This document shows positions 12,982 to 26,141 of a stretch of DNA of 64,000 bases, piece by piece (position 1 is the stretch's first letter; every line of letters begins with the position of its first letter). The position numbers and the translations under genes were made by a program. The notes below the pieces were generated by a model. The model was given only the letters and a program-made list of their open reading frames with translations, did not search any database and had not been told where the DNA came from. Source of the stretch: Asterias rubens (Eukaryota); contig NC_047081.1 of the NCBI RefSeq assembly GCF_902459465.1, positions 2,232,001 to 2,296,000 of the forward strand, given 5' to 3'.

Positions 12982-13024
12982 ATGGAGTTCTTTATGTCAA
13001 CTTGAGGTTCCCATCTCCCAACAG
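12982..13024 (+). CDS. Candidate small exon (xGVLYVNLRFPSPNx)
   Basis: Acceptor ttttctaaacag|, donor CAG|gtaact, open in phase 1 to 2. No homology recognised. Confidence 0.2.
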
Positions 13025-13779
13025 GTAACTCTGATTGCTAGAATTGTGTTTACCATTCAATAGATCCTGATAACCTTTGTTTACAATTTCTTTTAGTCTT
13101 GTACATTTCAGGGCATTTCTTGGCAGGCAAAATACTACACAGTTCATTATTGAGTTACACTTTTTTTGTTTTATTAATACCACATAAATTCAATGAATTC
13201 AAAAAAATAACAGCTGTAGGGCCTACAAGATTTGAGATGTACCCTCATCTCTTCATATAATATAAGTTGACACAGAATTAATGGTACGTTGCAATCTCCA
13301 TGAAATGCAAGATTTTATGTTTTCTTCTAACGAGCTGTGTACAAATCGTGCCAGCAGGAGAATATGTGGCTCTTTCGCAAACATGTGATGTACACAGGTT
13401 ACAAGGTCTACTGTTTATTATTCAAGAAGATATAGACATTATAGGTATGTAGCTGCAGAGCATAACCATCATTTCCGAGCCCCCCTACTACTCCTTGCCC
13501 ACCATAGGCCTACTGGAAGTTCTCCTTCTCAATTATTTTTTTGCGAATGGGATGTAGCCCAAATAACAGTTCATATCTTCCAAGTACAACTCACTATAGT
13601 TACTGTATTGGGGATTTTACTTATTACTCCTACGCCCCTATCCCACCCCTTTACAAAACACACTTATACTGGATGTTTCATGACCAGACTTGCCCAGACG
13701 CTGTTACAATTCTTAACATACTTCTACAGTCAATCCAGTGAATAACCTAGAAAAGGAAGTTGGGCGAAACAAAATATAA

Positions 13780-14225
13780 CATCTTCTTGCACTTTGTGAC
13801 CTGTACGTATTTGGTTCCAACCGGGCTAAGAGCAATCTGACATTGTAATGGATGATTTGGGGGAGTGCGTTGCATTTGTTTAACCACTGTATAAACATTT
13901 TCCAACACAGGCCCACCGAAAAATGTACACATGAATTTCCCAGCCCCTGGTTGAATATTTTCATAATTTCTGCGGCTATTTTCAGATCACTTATTGGCCT
14001 AGAAACCCATTTACTCTGGATCAGTTGTCATTTATTGATAGTTTCATGCCTTGTGTCAGATTGTTACTTCAACCTCGATCCCGTTTCCTACAACTCTATC
14101 TTCCTTTCCTTTGGGGGTCACACCTCTGAATCTCGCAAATAAACTAGAGTAATCTTGGAATATTGCAATTTTGTGTCAAAGTCTGCTGTGTAGTATTCCA
14201 CTGAAGAAGGCCAAGACGTGCTTTT
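13780..14225 (+). mobile_element. Possible highly decayed Penelope-like element 3' end (GIY-YIG-like residues plus truncated hammerhead core)
   Basis: With one frameshift reads C-T-x-C-D-L-Y-V-F-G, then FNHCINI and ETHLLWI-like segments; ccaCTGAAGAaggcc at 14198-14212. Confidence 0.3.
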
Positions 14226-14555
14226 CTTGAATGTTTATGTTCGATCCGATGTGCTCTATTTCACAATCAGAGCAAAAGCCTTTGTCAGGAATTACTGACT
14301 TCGTTTGTGGCTACGACTTGATCGTTGGGAAGCCATTATAAACGGATATCTTTCGTCATAAACACTGCAGCTGCAGCCAATGGCTGTAACCGTGGCAAAA
14401 ACCGTAGCCAAGAAGCTTGATTAGAACGCAGCGTGTTTTATCAGTTCGTCAATTCAAAAGCTGAAAACGCTAGGTGGCAGCAGACTAATAAGGCTGGTTT
14501 CAATTACGCAACTTGACATCCATAGAAAAGACTCGGTTTGTGCGGTTTATGCGTG

Positions 14556-14626
14556 GAATGAGGTGCAAGCTGGTCTAGCTAGCGATCACGTTTAATCGCT
14601 AACAAAGACCAGCATGCACCTCATTC
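14556..14626. repeat. 71-nt imperfect inverted repeat (hairpin)
   Basis: Stems of 12 + 8 + 7 bp (gaatgaggtgca, gctggtct, tagcgat) closing an 8-nt loop. Confidence 0.8.
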
Positions 14627-15869
14627 AACAGTTAGCGCTTGAGCAATGGGTATTTGCAAAAAGTTCTATGCATATCAGGTCATCGTTTGAATAAGTACTT
14701 GACTTTCACAGTCTGTCGATGAATATTGGGAACATGTAAGAAACTCCCATTTCAAAATCCTAACTGTTACAATCTATAACCCCATCCTACTACCTACAAT
14801 CTTTTCTGGGGGTCTACAACACAGCAAAGTCCATTAGCTCTCCCACAGCATCCGACCTATACAAGATGCCATAATAGCAATAGGCTTAGCGGAGCTAAAT
14901 CCATTAAGATGGAATCAGTGAGTGGTTAAGTGGATTAACCTGACTATGGAGCCGATTAGCACAATGGGATTAGGGCCAATCCAATTCCTAATCCACTCCA
15001 ACTCATCCAGCGGATAATGAGGGAGTAATGGAGGAGAATAAGTTTCAGATGAGGGATGAGGAAGGTCTGGGCACTACCCTTAAGGAGGCAGATTTACAGC
15101 GTCGATTATCACAAAAATAGGCAGCAACATTCTGACGTGAATCAAACCATTAGAAAATGCGTAAATTATTAATTTTTTTCTGAATTCCTTCATTATAGTG
15201 CTTTGTTCTTTTTTGCTATGAATGGGTATGTTTTTGTTTGAGCTTGTCATGTTCAAGCCACCAACGAAGGCCCTACTTGTTTAATATACACACATTACAT
15301 AAAAATCAAACATGTTTTGGCTGTTACACCTATCAACACCTACGTTGTCGTGTACCCTGCAACATCAACAAAGGTTCCTTAACATCACAGTTTTATTTCC
15401 GAAGTTCAAACAAATAATTTTACACGACTGTGTTCAACCTCTCGCATAGCTGAGTGATAAAGCGGTTGCTTGGCAGTTTTTCATTTATAAATCCCCTATC
15501 ATATAAGAAAAGACTTAACAGAAAGAAACTGAACAACTTTGCTTTATACTCTCCTCAGCGATCTTGGCAGTTAACTTGGCAGAGTTATTTATAAATCTCC
15601 TACATTAAAGAAAGAAACCGAACTTTGCTTTACTCTCGTCAGCTGTGGCGCCAGTCTCGACTAAACACAGTCCCCTCCTTCATTCAGCACAGTGGCATGT
15701 GATTTGTCTTCCTTTTCATCAGATGTAAGAATGTTCCAGCCACGCTAAGGACATATACCTTGTAATGTTTTACCCAAATTCCAATATTGCTCAAGATTAT
15801 AGGGAGATAGCACGCGCAGTAGCTGCTCAGTTCAGCCAAAGGGTGCGCGAGAGTAGAAAATTGCTTTAA

Positions 15870-16229
15870 AGGGTTTGAGTTCTTTTTGTTAGGACAAAAA
15901 AAACCACAATGATCACATTAAACTTACACAGTTTGAAGATAATGATAGTAGAATGCTTCCCTGAAAATCTTACTTGCTAAGGTGCTGTAGTTTTTGAGAA
16001 ATTAGTAAACAATGTCATGAAAATAATTTTCGTCTCAGTAATCATGAGACGAAAATTATTTCAGCACGTAAAAACTTATTTTCATGACATTGTTTTACTA
16101 ATTTCTCAAAAACTACAGCACCTCATCAACTAATAATTTAAGGTACGCTTTCTGCTATCATTATCTGTGTAAGTTTATTGTAAATCTGTGAACATTGTGT
16201 TTTGTGTTACAAAAAATACCCACATCCAT
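15870..16229. mobile_element. Palindromic Kolobok-like MITE family D
   Basis: TTAA|agggtttg left end; interior gtgctgtagtttttgagaaattagtaaa mirrored by tttactaatttctcaaaaactacagcac. Confidence 0.8.
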
Positions 16230-17289
16230 TACATGGAACAGGTACCCTATGTGCAATGAATGATCAATTGTGTTCTACTACAAGCGGGCCAGTCTAATGT
16301 TGCCCTTGGATACTTGGTGTAGGCAATTTCTTGGTTAACACGTAATGTTAGAGCTTAGCCGTTAATCACTGAACATTGTGGGAACAATTGAAAAGGGATA
16401 CAAGAGGAAATGGGGGGGGGGGGCAGATGAGCTGCACCAATATTGAAGGATAGTCATTGGTATCAAAAAGCACAAAAAGAGCAATTTGGAAACATCAATA
16501 ATATACTGAGGCCTACGTTCTCCAGTGGATTGACATTGGCTGAAAACAAAAATTAACAAATTGTTGCTGCCTATCTATCTAGTTTAAACAGTTTAAAGCA
16601 ACTTTTATTTCAGTCAACTTCAGCACATGACTTTGAAGTCCATCTGTTTCAAAGGCATGTGCCCCCCCCCCCCCCCCATATCCTTCCCCAAACCGACCCA
16701 ACATATGTTTAATACAAGCTAGAAAATTGGTCGGATAATGAACAACAGGCTTGTATTTTTGATTTACTTTCGGTTCCTGAAGATCAAACTAATTTGAGTC
16801 AACAAATAACTCTCAGACCCCACTGGCTACACCTCACCCCTTCCCCTCAAAGTATGGACAGCCATAAACTTCCATCCTCCACAAACCCCGAGAGGAGAAA
16901 ACCCTCTCCTTTCCCAATATTGCATCTTATAACCTCCAGATCACCTTTAAACCTAGTTCTCCTGAAAGTGCCGTCTGTCTTCACCTTACTGGATTTTCCA
17001 ATAAGCTGAAACATCTCCATCATCTTTGCCTCTGGAATATCTTTACTTGGACTGTGGTCCAGTGAGGAGGAGAGATGGAAGGGGGGGCTGAGGGGGGGGG
17101 GGGGGTGAAGATGAGAATGATGATCTCGAGATGATTTGAGAGGGAGGGAAGTCTTAGAGAGTAGGGCGACTGTCTTTTAGTCTTTTCAAGTAATGAAAGA
17201 ATTTCCGATAATGTAATAGGTATGAAGTTTCTGAATTCACTACTAATGGATGTAACACGGCATTTATCCGCTCTATTTTGACGGAAAAC

Positions 17290-17448
17290 CAGGCCCGACA
17301 CTCCTCGGAGGCAACAAAGGCCTCCATGCCCCCTGATCATTGCCTTCGTGCCCCAGTAGAAACTTAAAAAGTCCTCATATGGTGCCCTTTACCAAGGAGA
17401 AAATGCCTTGGTGCCCTTGCCCTTTCAAAAACGAGAAATACAGGCCTG
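17290..17448. mobile_element. CAG-terminal MITE (hAT-like) with 6-bp TSD
   Basis: caggccc...caggcctg termini; GAAAAC on both flanks (17284-17289, 17449-17454). Confidence 0.85.
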
Positions 17449-17928
17449 GAAAACTACATTTAGCAAGAACCATGGATGGGTTCTCAAAGTACACAAATAA
17501 TACTCTGCTTATTATTTCACAATAGGGGGGGGGGAGAGATGATTATGGTTTGACCTAATGGATGTCAAATTTGCATCGGGGATAAAGAATATCATTTGGT
17601 TTTACCCTTACCTTCATGGTTTTACATCCAAACCTCTGTTTGGATGCGTGTGTTAATGTGGGAGGACAAGATTAATTGCAGCATGATTAAGATAAAAAGG
17701 CAGGAATGTCACTGAAGTCATTGCCTCAAATGACCTGATCTTGGCCTCAGTGCCCCTTCAGATAGTCCCGATAGATAGCCTTGCCCCAAATGAGATGACA
17801 TTCCAGACTTAATAAAGCGCAATCCTTGCTCTCCCGAAGACTCCCTGATTACTGATGCTAATTATGATTACACAGATCAAAGGCAACTCTGCCCCAACAA
17901 AAAAACGCATGACGATATAAAAGCCATA

Positions 17929-18131
17929 AGCCCTTTTCACACGGACAAAATGTAGCCAGGGTCCCTTGCTACAAAACTTATGAGCGTGGATTGTATATTT
18001 GTTATCACCATGGACGCTGGACACTCCAAAAATTATTGTCCTTTCACATGAGGTGCATTTTGTAAAATCTTACAACCATGCTATAATTTAGCAAGGGACC
18101 CTTGCTAAATTGATCTCGTGTGAAAGGGGCT
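17929..18131. mobile_element. Small TIR element
   Basis: agcccttttcacacg / cgtgtgaaaggggct termini; internal tagcaagggacccttgcta palindrome. Confidence 0.7.
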
Positions 18132-19397
18132 TTATACGACACAACAATATCAACACTATGCACGCCAGGCACATTTTATCAAATTTATGAATGAACTGCA
18201 CTCTGTACACAGCTAGCCTATAGTAAACCTCTGTTTGAGCTTCCTCACGATATTAAAGCAAATACATTAGCCAGACTCGCTGTCAAAAATATATTTTCTA
18301 TAAGCCATGGGTGCCATCCATCATAACACTGAAGCAACTCTAATTGAAGATGGAACATTAGGAAAGTTTTGTTGTTAAAAAATTCATAGCAAATGGATTT
18401 TGAGTTCGGGGCTACAGCACACTTAGAACAGCTGCACTTTGTGATATTCGGTTTAAAGGGATTGGGTTCACAAACGGGTTCAATCTGAACGTGACTCGTG
18501 AAATGAGTTTTGCATCACTAGAGGGCCTTTGTTTGTGGGAATGCCTTTACACAATAATAACCAACAGTCATGTCATTGAACTTCAGTCGATACATTGGAG
18601 AATAGCTTCTGTGTTTTAGACCAAGGTAAATTTAATCAATGTTAAAATGGTTTTGTGTGAAAAATGATGATATTATGGCATATTTTGTGATGAAACTTAT
18701 GCAGAACGTAATGGTCTTTCATAGGTCAATGATGCACAGTTTACTTAGATTACTAAATTAATGAGACAGCGCTATAATATGGTCAAATTCTTTTTCTGTG
18801 GTACAAGTATAGAGCCATGAGGAACCACACGCAGTACATATCAAGCCAAGAAAAAATGAAGAAGTAACTGATACAACTCCTTCCTTCTCAAGGACGTTCC
18901 TCAAATTAAAAAACCAGTAGGTGATTGACCATCTATGAGTACACTATACATAAATCACTCAATAAAAAACACAAACTGTTCCCATTCACTACTGTTTTCA
19001 ACCATGAGTCATCCTGCACCCAATTTTCTTTTCTTTTTTTAATTAAGATTTAAAGATAACCGTCACATCTTGAGTTCTGTTTTTGGCTTCAAAATAATAA
19101 ACAAATTGTGTCCAATCTAGTTAAGTAGGAGACTGTTACTAATAATCGGTTTAATAAATCTCGCATACGGGGTTAAGACATGTAAGAAGCTTGTATTTAT
19201 GCTAGGAATAAATTGTTTATCACAATCTACCAATTTATCAATTTTCTAAGTGGGCCTCTGGGAACAGAAGCTACTTTTGTATCCTGATTTATGCTTTATA
19301 TAGATGGACTGAAACTAAGGTGGTTTTTTTTCTTTGTGTAAACAAATGACAATTATGGTTGGAAAGCGTGAAAGAGCGCCCACTGATTTATCCTTAC

Positions 19398-19535
19398 AAC
19401 GAGCGTGGGGTTAGATTTCAGGGCAGACAGTAGAAGTCGTTAAATGTTTGTTGCGGATGTAGCGCAACAGTTCTCCCAAAACTCTCACACGATACTGCTG
19501 AGGTCTCGCGAGACTAGTGCTGTCTCGCGAGACTA
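19398..19535 (-). promoter_or_regulatory. Candidate promoter with tandem TCTCGCGAGA motifs and a short non-coding first exon
   Basis: TCTCGCGAGA at 19504-19513 and 19523-19532; minus-strand donor GTT|gtaagg with intron starting at 19397. Confidence 0.5.
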
Positions 19536-21290
19536 CTGTCTTCTGACTACATGTGGTGATGGGTATAGGAGACAGTGTGGTGATAGACAGTTGGGAGGAA
19601 AATGATTGGGTCAGTGTGGTGTTAGGAATGATGGGGGCGAGAACTGAGTAGGAAAGACTGACAGAGGGGCAAGATGGGTGAGGGTAGATGTGCTAGAAAT
19701 TTTGTAGGTTTTAAGTGGGTGTCAGCTTGGGTTAAGCCTGGCTTGGTAGATAGATGGGGTCAGGAGTTCAAACTGCTACTATTTCATGCAGCAACATCAG
19801 ACTCGGGTTTCTTTTGATATGAATTATGCAGTAAAATGCATGATAGAATTATGAAAATTTCATAAGGGGTTTAGTAAAATTGAGAAAATGAGGCCACTTG
19901 GGGCCTCCTAGTGTTTTATAAGAACTCTGATCCATTGCAGTATAAGACGTTAAGCCATGGTTATACCCCCGGACGTAAAAAGGCACAAGCAGTAGGCCTA
20001 AACAACAAAATAAGCAGCTCCCAAAAACCTTGATTTGTTTATTGGTCACTGCTCAAATGATCTGCTGTCTGATTTATAAACAGGTCTCAATCCCATTTCT
20101 GACACCGTGTGACCAAATCACACCTTTCACTTCAATAGTGACCACTGTGAACATCTCCATTACAAAACAACAATTAACACCCAACAAGGTGTCGGCTTAA
20201 CGACATTTCTTCGGCCACTGCCCAATAAATTCCACATGACAAAATACTTAGCACTTTCCCTGTAACCCTAACAGTGGCCCCTTCTATCAACTCTGCAATA
20301 GAAGAAAAAACAAACCAAATCTATTTCTCCTTCCATTGGTAATTTGTTTCTGCTTCAAGAACTAAAGCAGAAAGTTTTCATTGCCTTTTCATTGTGTTAC
20401 TGCAGTGGTCCAGTCGGCTGGAGTGGATTAGTTCTTAATAGAATATTGTTTTGAAGTTAGTTCACGCTCTAGTTCAAAGTGTGACCGTTCTAACAATAAT
20501 AACAACATACTTGGACCGGTGTTATCCTTACAAGTGCACCGACAAGTGAAGTCAAAAGTTAAATCCATTTCCCAACAAAAATCCAAACTTGGATAGTGGA
20601 GTTCCAAAGAAACTTAGGTGTTACATACAACAGCGTTGCCAGTGTCTATCTGGCAACCATGTTAGGAGTAGGGGCAAAGGAGAATACATCGAACAAAGAC
20701 TCTACAGGACGTCAAAAGAAACATCTACATGTTCATTCAATGGGATTCAGAAAAAAAAACTCATACCCTATGATTTACCAACAATCCAAATGAACTTGTT
20801 AATTAGCCTAATTATTAGCAATCCAAACTGCTTTACCTCTCATCTAGTTACAGCAGCGGACCCTTCGGTCTAACCACCTGCATGGTCTAACAACCTGCAA
20901 ACTTGTTTTCACTGCTGTTTGGAAATTCATACATTAGATCATTTCAACCACAAACCGGTGCCCATCAGCGAACCATCTGTTGAATCACACATTTACAGGA
21001 AACCAACCACATGCCTCGGTTACCCGAACACATTTACTCCTGGTGAGTACTTATTCTCTCGCAGTTGTAAGCCAATAAAACTCCCCCCACGACACGAGGG
21101 GAAAAAAATCGCTTCTGTGTAGGTTCTCTTCCCCTCGACAGTTCCTACAAAACAAAACCAGGTGCTTAGTGAGAGTCAATTTCATAACAGCATCCGGTGA
21201 ATGCGACTTCCCGCTGTGAAGTCGAGGTACTACGCTACAATTCATGGCAGTTTCCAGACCCAGATTGAGCCGTCCAGTCACGAAGCTTAA

Positions 21291-21625
21291 AGGCACTGGA
21301 CACCTTCAGTAATTGTGAAAATGCCTTTCCTAATATTACGTCCTGTCAAACATTAAGATACTGCCTGGCTCTCTTTGTCCAGCGGATCATGAAAAACAGC
21401 AATGTTCTTTTAAACAGTGGTCCGCTGGCCAAATGCCAGTTAAAGGCACTGGACATTATTTGGTATTTGCCACTATTCTCACTTGGTGCATTCCATCCCA
21501 ACATGCATAAAATAACAAATCTGTGAAAATTTTTACTCAATTTGTCATCAAAGTTGCAAGAGAATAACAAAAGAAAAAACACTCTTGCTGCTCAAATTTG
21601 TGTACCAAAAGTGCCCTGAGTGCCT
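21291..21625. mobile_element. Two Kolobok-like family A pieces (left end at 21291; deleted copy 21444-21625)
   Basis: TTAA|aggcactggacac twice; gagtgcct|TTAA right end. Confidence 0.75.
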
Positions 21626-22035
21626 TTAAAGGTATGGTATGTGTTCCCAGCATGTTGTAGGTCTTGAACAAACATTAGTTGGTTGCTGAGGTTTTTATCA
21701 AGAAGTTAACTGTAATGATACTGTCGTTGCATTTCTCGATACATTCATCCATTCAGGAGAAAGGCTGGACAATAATGGCCTTTTAGAAAACTTGACTTCT
21801 CGTCTTCCCAGCTCCATCAATCTAATCGAGGCCAATTCTTAGAAAGTCGTTAGACTGTATACAAACATGAAGGCATTAATGTAGAACAGCTCGAACCAAG
21901 AGAAAAGCAATCGTATCCTGGCACCTTAAAGTAGTTTCTTTGAAACCGTGTTCGTCTACAACAACTGGAACAATACAACTTATAAGTAGAGTACAACTTC
22001 CCTGTTGGTTAATTTCAAGCCCCTCTCTATTCAAC

Positions 22036-22130
22036 CTAATAGGAGACTTTACAGCTGCTGGCAGCATCCAGCAGACTTAACGGCTCAGAGGCATCCTCGG
22101 TGCTGCGCGTAGTTCTGAGCACGCACAATA
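22036..22130 (-). CDS. Candidate terminal coding exon (xLCVLRTTRSTEDASEPLSLLDAASSCKVSY*)
   Basis: Acceptor ttatttttcacag|, GC/CpG-richer than flanks, open in phase 1 to a stop. No homology recognised. Confidence 0.2.
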
Positions 22131-23778
22131 CTGTGAAAAATAATCGTCTAAAAGTCTCCCATTTGTTCCTATAGCATTCACAATACACAACCAATCGTCA
22201 ATTAAATGCAGACCCTTCAACTCATCTCCACAACCACATTTCCTCAAGCTAGCCCCTTCCACTCATTTCCTAAAACAACCTCAGCTGTACATAATGACCA
22301 TGGAGGAAGAATTCTATTTTCTTCCTCCATGATATGACACAACCCTTATCCTTACCCCAAGCCCTCCCCCCTAAAACAACACAAGCTCCACCCACCCCAC
22401 CTCAGCATCCCAGACACACATCCCAGCCACACATACATCACTGTCATATAATATTCAAGCTTCATAACAATCAGTGACTTGGTGATCAACTGTGAATATG
22501 TTTTTAAGCCATGGCCCTAGGCAGTCTACTCTATCAGCTTAACTCGCTAAGTAGATTCAAGCCAATTTCATCACAGAATTTGACCCCCTTTCTTCTCATG
22601 TTTCCTGGTCTCTTGCAACAATGAAACCGGGGTTGAAAGCTTGGAGGGGGAAAAAACACTGCTCTGCCAACTAAACTACCAGTGGCTTAATTACATCAGA
22701 AAACATCCGCCAGCAATGTGATACCGCCAATAATTTGGTTGTAAGACTCGTCCCTGACTGAATTCAGTTAGAGGTGGACATTGCCATGGCAACGAGAGAG
22801 TCTCTTGAGTCTTCGAGACCAAGCATGGGGTGTTGAGTAACAATGGGAACTCAATTTGCAACAACCTGAGAAGTGGTTATGTCAAAAAACAGAAAGGACA
22901 GTTGAGGAGGGCACAGCGACGCATTATTTGCTGGACAGAAACCATGAGAATAATTGATTGGGAATCTGAGCTTGGAAATAAACTGTGCATCATGGGGGTC
23001 AAAGAACTTTTGATTTTCCCACTTAATGCAGAACGAGGTCACAACACATTGTATGCTTTTTCACTAATGTAATAGTTTAACATTAGGGTGACTCTCTTTC
23101 AAATTTCTTGATAATTTTTCTTATTAAATAGACTGCAGTCAAAGAACTCTTTTAATATAAGTGTTTTCACCTCCGAATGATAATAATTTTCTTGCCATAA
23201 ATCTGTTGGGAGCAGAAACTCTGGCTACCTGAATGAAGCCCATAAAGACGTCAGGTGTTTCAGAGTAAACCGCTCGGCTTCAGAAATGATTGCCATGGGA
23301 CTTTTATAGTACCTTGTTTTATGACCATGTGGATACACATGTAGTGGAATTGTAACATGGCGTGAAATTATAGAGATTTTAAGAGAGGAGAGACGTGATG
23401 ATATGTGGAGGTATGTCAGGTTTAGGTCTGGGACTACGTCTGAAAGCTGAAGGCTTTAAACGCTTCTCAAAGACAAGCGCAGTGAACGGTTTCCCTTGTA
23501 CAGCTAAGCAAAACGCTACGCAATATGGATCATTTGCTACTCAAGAATAAGCATTCAGAGTGCACAAAACTTTTCCAGTCAAAATAATTTGCTAATCTAT
23601 GGAAATAATGCTGAAGGAAATCATTCCCTAAAATTCAGAGAAATTTTCTTTATCAAAGGGCGGAAATTTCAGTGAAATTTTGGTGAAAACAAATTCCAAT
23701 TTTGACCTTTATAAAAATTTAAAAAACAGTTAATGAAGCTGGAATTACACAAATGCCATGGCCTATGTTGCCCTGTCT

Positions 23779-24153
23779 TGACCTTGGTGCCCTCTTTCCC
23801 AATGTAAGTACCCTCTAAAAGGGCCTCAAAGATGACATTCCAAGCGGGCTGACTTGGTCTTTATCTCACTGAATAACTTCTACTTGGCATTTTATCTCTT
23901 AATAAAAGTCTGCGACGTCTCACAGGAATTACCAGTTTAATTCTTGCTTTGCCTCTGTTGCCCCAATCTTGACCTTGCATGTAGTTCCCCTTTCCCAATG
24001 GAAGTGCCCTCTACAATGCCCTCGCCCTCTCAAAGATGACATTCCAAGCATGCTGGCTTGGTCTTCTAACTCACTGCATAACTTCTTCTTGGCATTTTTA
24101 TCTCTTAAAAGTCCGCAACGTTTTACAGGAACGACCAATTTAATTCTTGCATT
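23779..24153. repeat. Diverged tandem duplication, unit about 190 bp
   Basis: ttgacctt...tcaaagatgacattccaagc...cttggcatttt(t)atctctta..ttaattcttgc repeated. Confidence 0.8.
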
Positions 24154-24466
24154 GGATTTTGGAACCATTTAAGTGCTGGATTTTTAGAGTGACTCATTTT
24201 CATGAAGTGGACACCTGCAATAGAGAGAGAGGTTGGTTCGTTACGATGCATGCATTCTCGATAAATAGAATGACCTATTGTCTATTTGCGCAAGAACAGG
24301 TGTGGTCAGTGGTGTGGCAAATGAAAGTCAGCAAAACCATGTCATTAACCAATCAAAGATTTCTCCAAGACAATGTGCCTTTTGAACAAGTCACCATCAA
24401 TCAAACCATAACTTTTACCAATAAATGAATGAATAATTGAAAGAACTATACTGGGCTAAAGCTTAA

Positions 24467-24831
24467 AGCCATTGGACACTTTCGGTAAACAGTATTGTCC
24501 AAAGGCCCACACTTCGTGTATCACAACTTATATATAAAATAACAAACCTGTGAAAATTTAGCTCAATCGGTCACCGGAGTCGGGAGAAAATAACGGGAAA
24601 ACCCACCCTTGTTTCCGCACGTTTCGCGTGTCATGACATGTGTTTACTATAAATCCATAATTCTCGATATCGAGAAATGATTGTTTTAATGTTTTCTCAA
24701 AAAGTAAAGCATTTCATGGAATAATATTTCAAGAGAAGTCTTTTACCATTACCTTCTGTAAACCCTGTAAGTTATTTGTAAATCTGTGAACTTTTTTTTT
24801 TCTTTCTTTTTTCCGAAAGTGTATAATGGCT
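24467..24831. mobile_element. Kolobok-like MITE family B
   Basis: TTAA TSD both sides; TIR agccattggacactttcgg / ccgaaagtgtataatggct. Confidence 0.85.
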
Positions 24832-26043
24832 TTAAATGTTTAACACTCACTGTTTTATAAGGTCTTTTGATACGGTTATCAGAAACTAACTGAGATTTCA
24901 ATTTAAGGGTGTCCCTTACAGTGATCGCAAATCAAACATCAAACATTCTACTTTCCAAGAAATTAATGTTACAAATTTACAGAACTACAAAGTGCTCAAG
25001 TTTTAGATGTACGTGACTGCATGATTTGTTTTTATACAGTCGTTTGATACGATTATCAGAAAATTACCAGAATGTTTTCTGGTAGGAGTGTCCCTTACAA
25101 AGAGTATGATTTGGCTAAGTGGGGGGAAAACTGAATGATTGTCTGTGATTAACATGTATTCCAACACAAAGAACTATTGCAAGAGCATTTACATCATTGA
25201 TTTATCCAGTATGGTAAAATAATCTGCAAAGAATCACATTTAGACTGGCAATTATTTCTGTGGAATGTTTCACGACAAAAGCGTCTCATATCAGAAAAAA
25301 AAATGAATAATTTCTTATTTGTTAACCACCCGGTCCAACATTCCTAAATGTTATCAAATTATCCTTATAATGATGACTTCTTCCTGTCAATTCTCAAGAA
25401 ATAACTCGCAAATTATTGACGATTTAAAAAAACATCTGCTTAATGTTTAAAACACATCAAAAAGAAATTCATCGTATCATGTTTCCAATGATGGATATAA
25501 AATAATCATGAGTATATAAATCCAGATGTTACATGTAACTATGAAACTTTTTTGCCCTTTCACATTTCTTTTTTCTCATTCTGGAATAACCATCACAGAG
25601 AGACCCCTAGAGCATTATGGATAATGGTGTTTAAAAAAAACTTCATATTTCTTCCCCCAAAAGTGTTTTGATTGATAAGCGAATGAAACAAATTGTGTAC
25701 ACTAGACTGGGCCGTCCAGAAAATAACACAAAAATCATTCATAAATGACTAATAGCATACAATGCAAAAACGAATGAACCAATTTATCATAGCTGGAGAA
25801 ACTTCAACCATGGCCAGCCAAAACAACTATCTATTTCACTACTTAGTGTCAAACGATAAGGGGCTGGGTACCATGGTCGCCCGACCAATTCCAAAAAATA
25901 AAATCATGCAGGAATGATAGATGGCTTACAATAGAAAGACTGAATGCACCACTGCATCAAACCTTTATCGCTAGACAAAGACAGTATCTATGTCACTTTG
26001 CATTAAAGGGGGGAAATAAGACAAGTCATTTAATGTTATAAGA

Positions 26044-26141
26044 GATGTTAAATTTGCAACAGGGATAAAGAATATTAATTTTGTTTTTTACCCATACACC
26101 GATGTGTGTTAGCACTGTATACTCAGTACTTTCCCGAGTCC
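26044..26141. repeat. Dispersed repeat also at 17561-17608 and 35049-35173, here fused to a family A right half (26142-26330)
   Basis: gatgttaaatttgca.cggggataaagaatatt shared by three loci. Confidence 0.7.

Noticed and set aside
22299-22331. 13-bp perfect hairpin (terminator-like)
   Set aside because: Isolated, no U-tract, and intrinsic terminators are not relevant in an animal nuclear genome.
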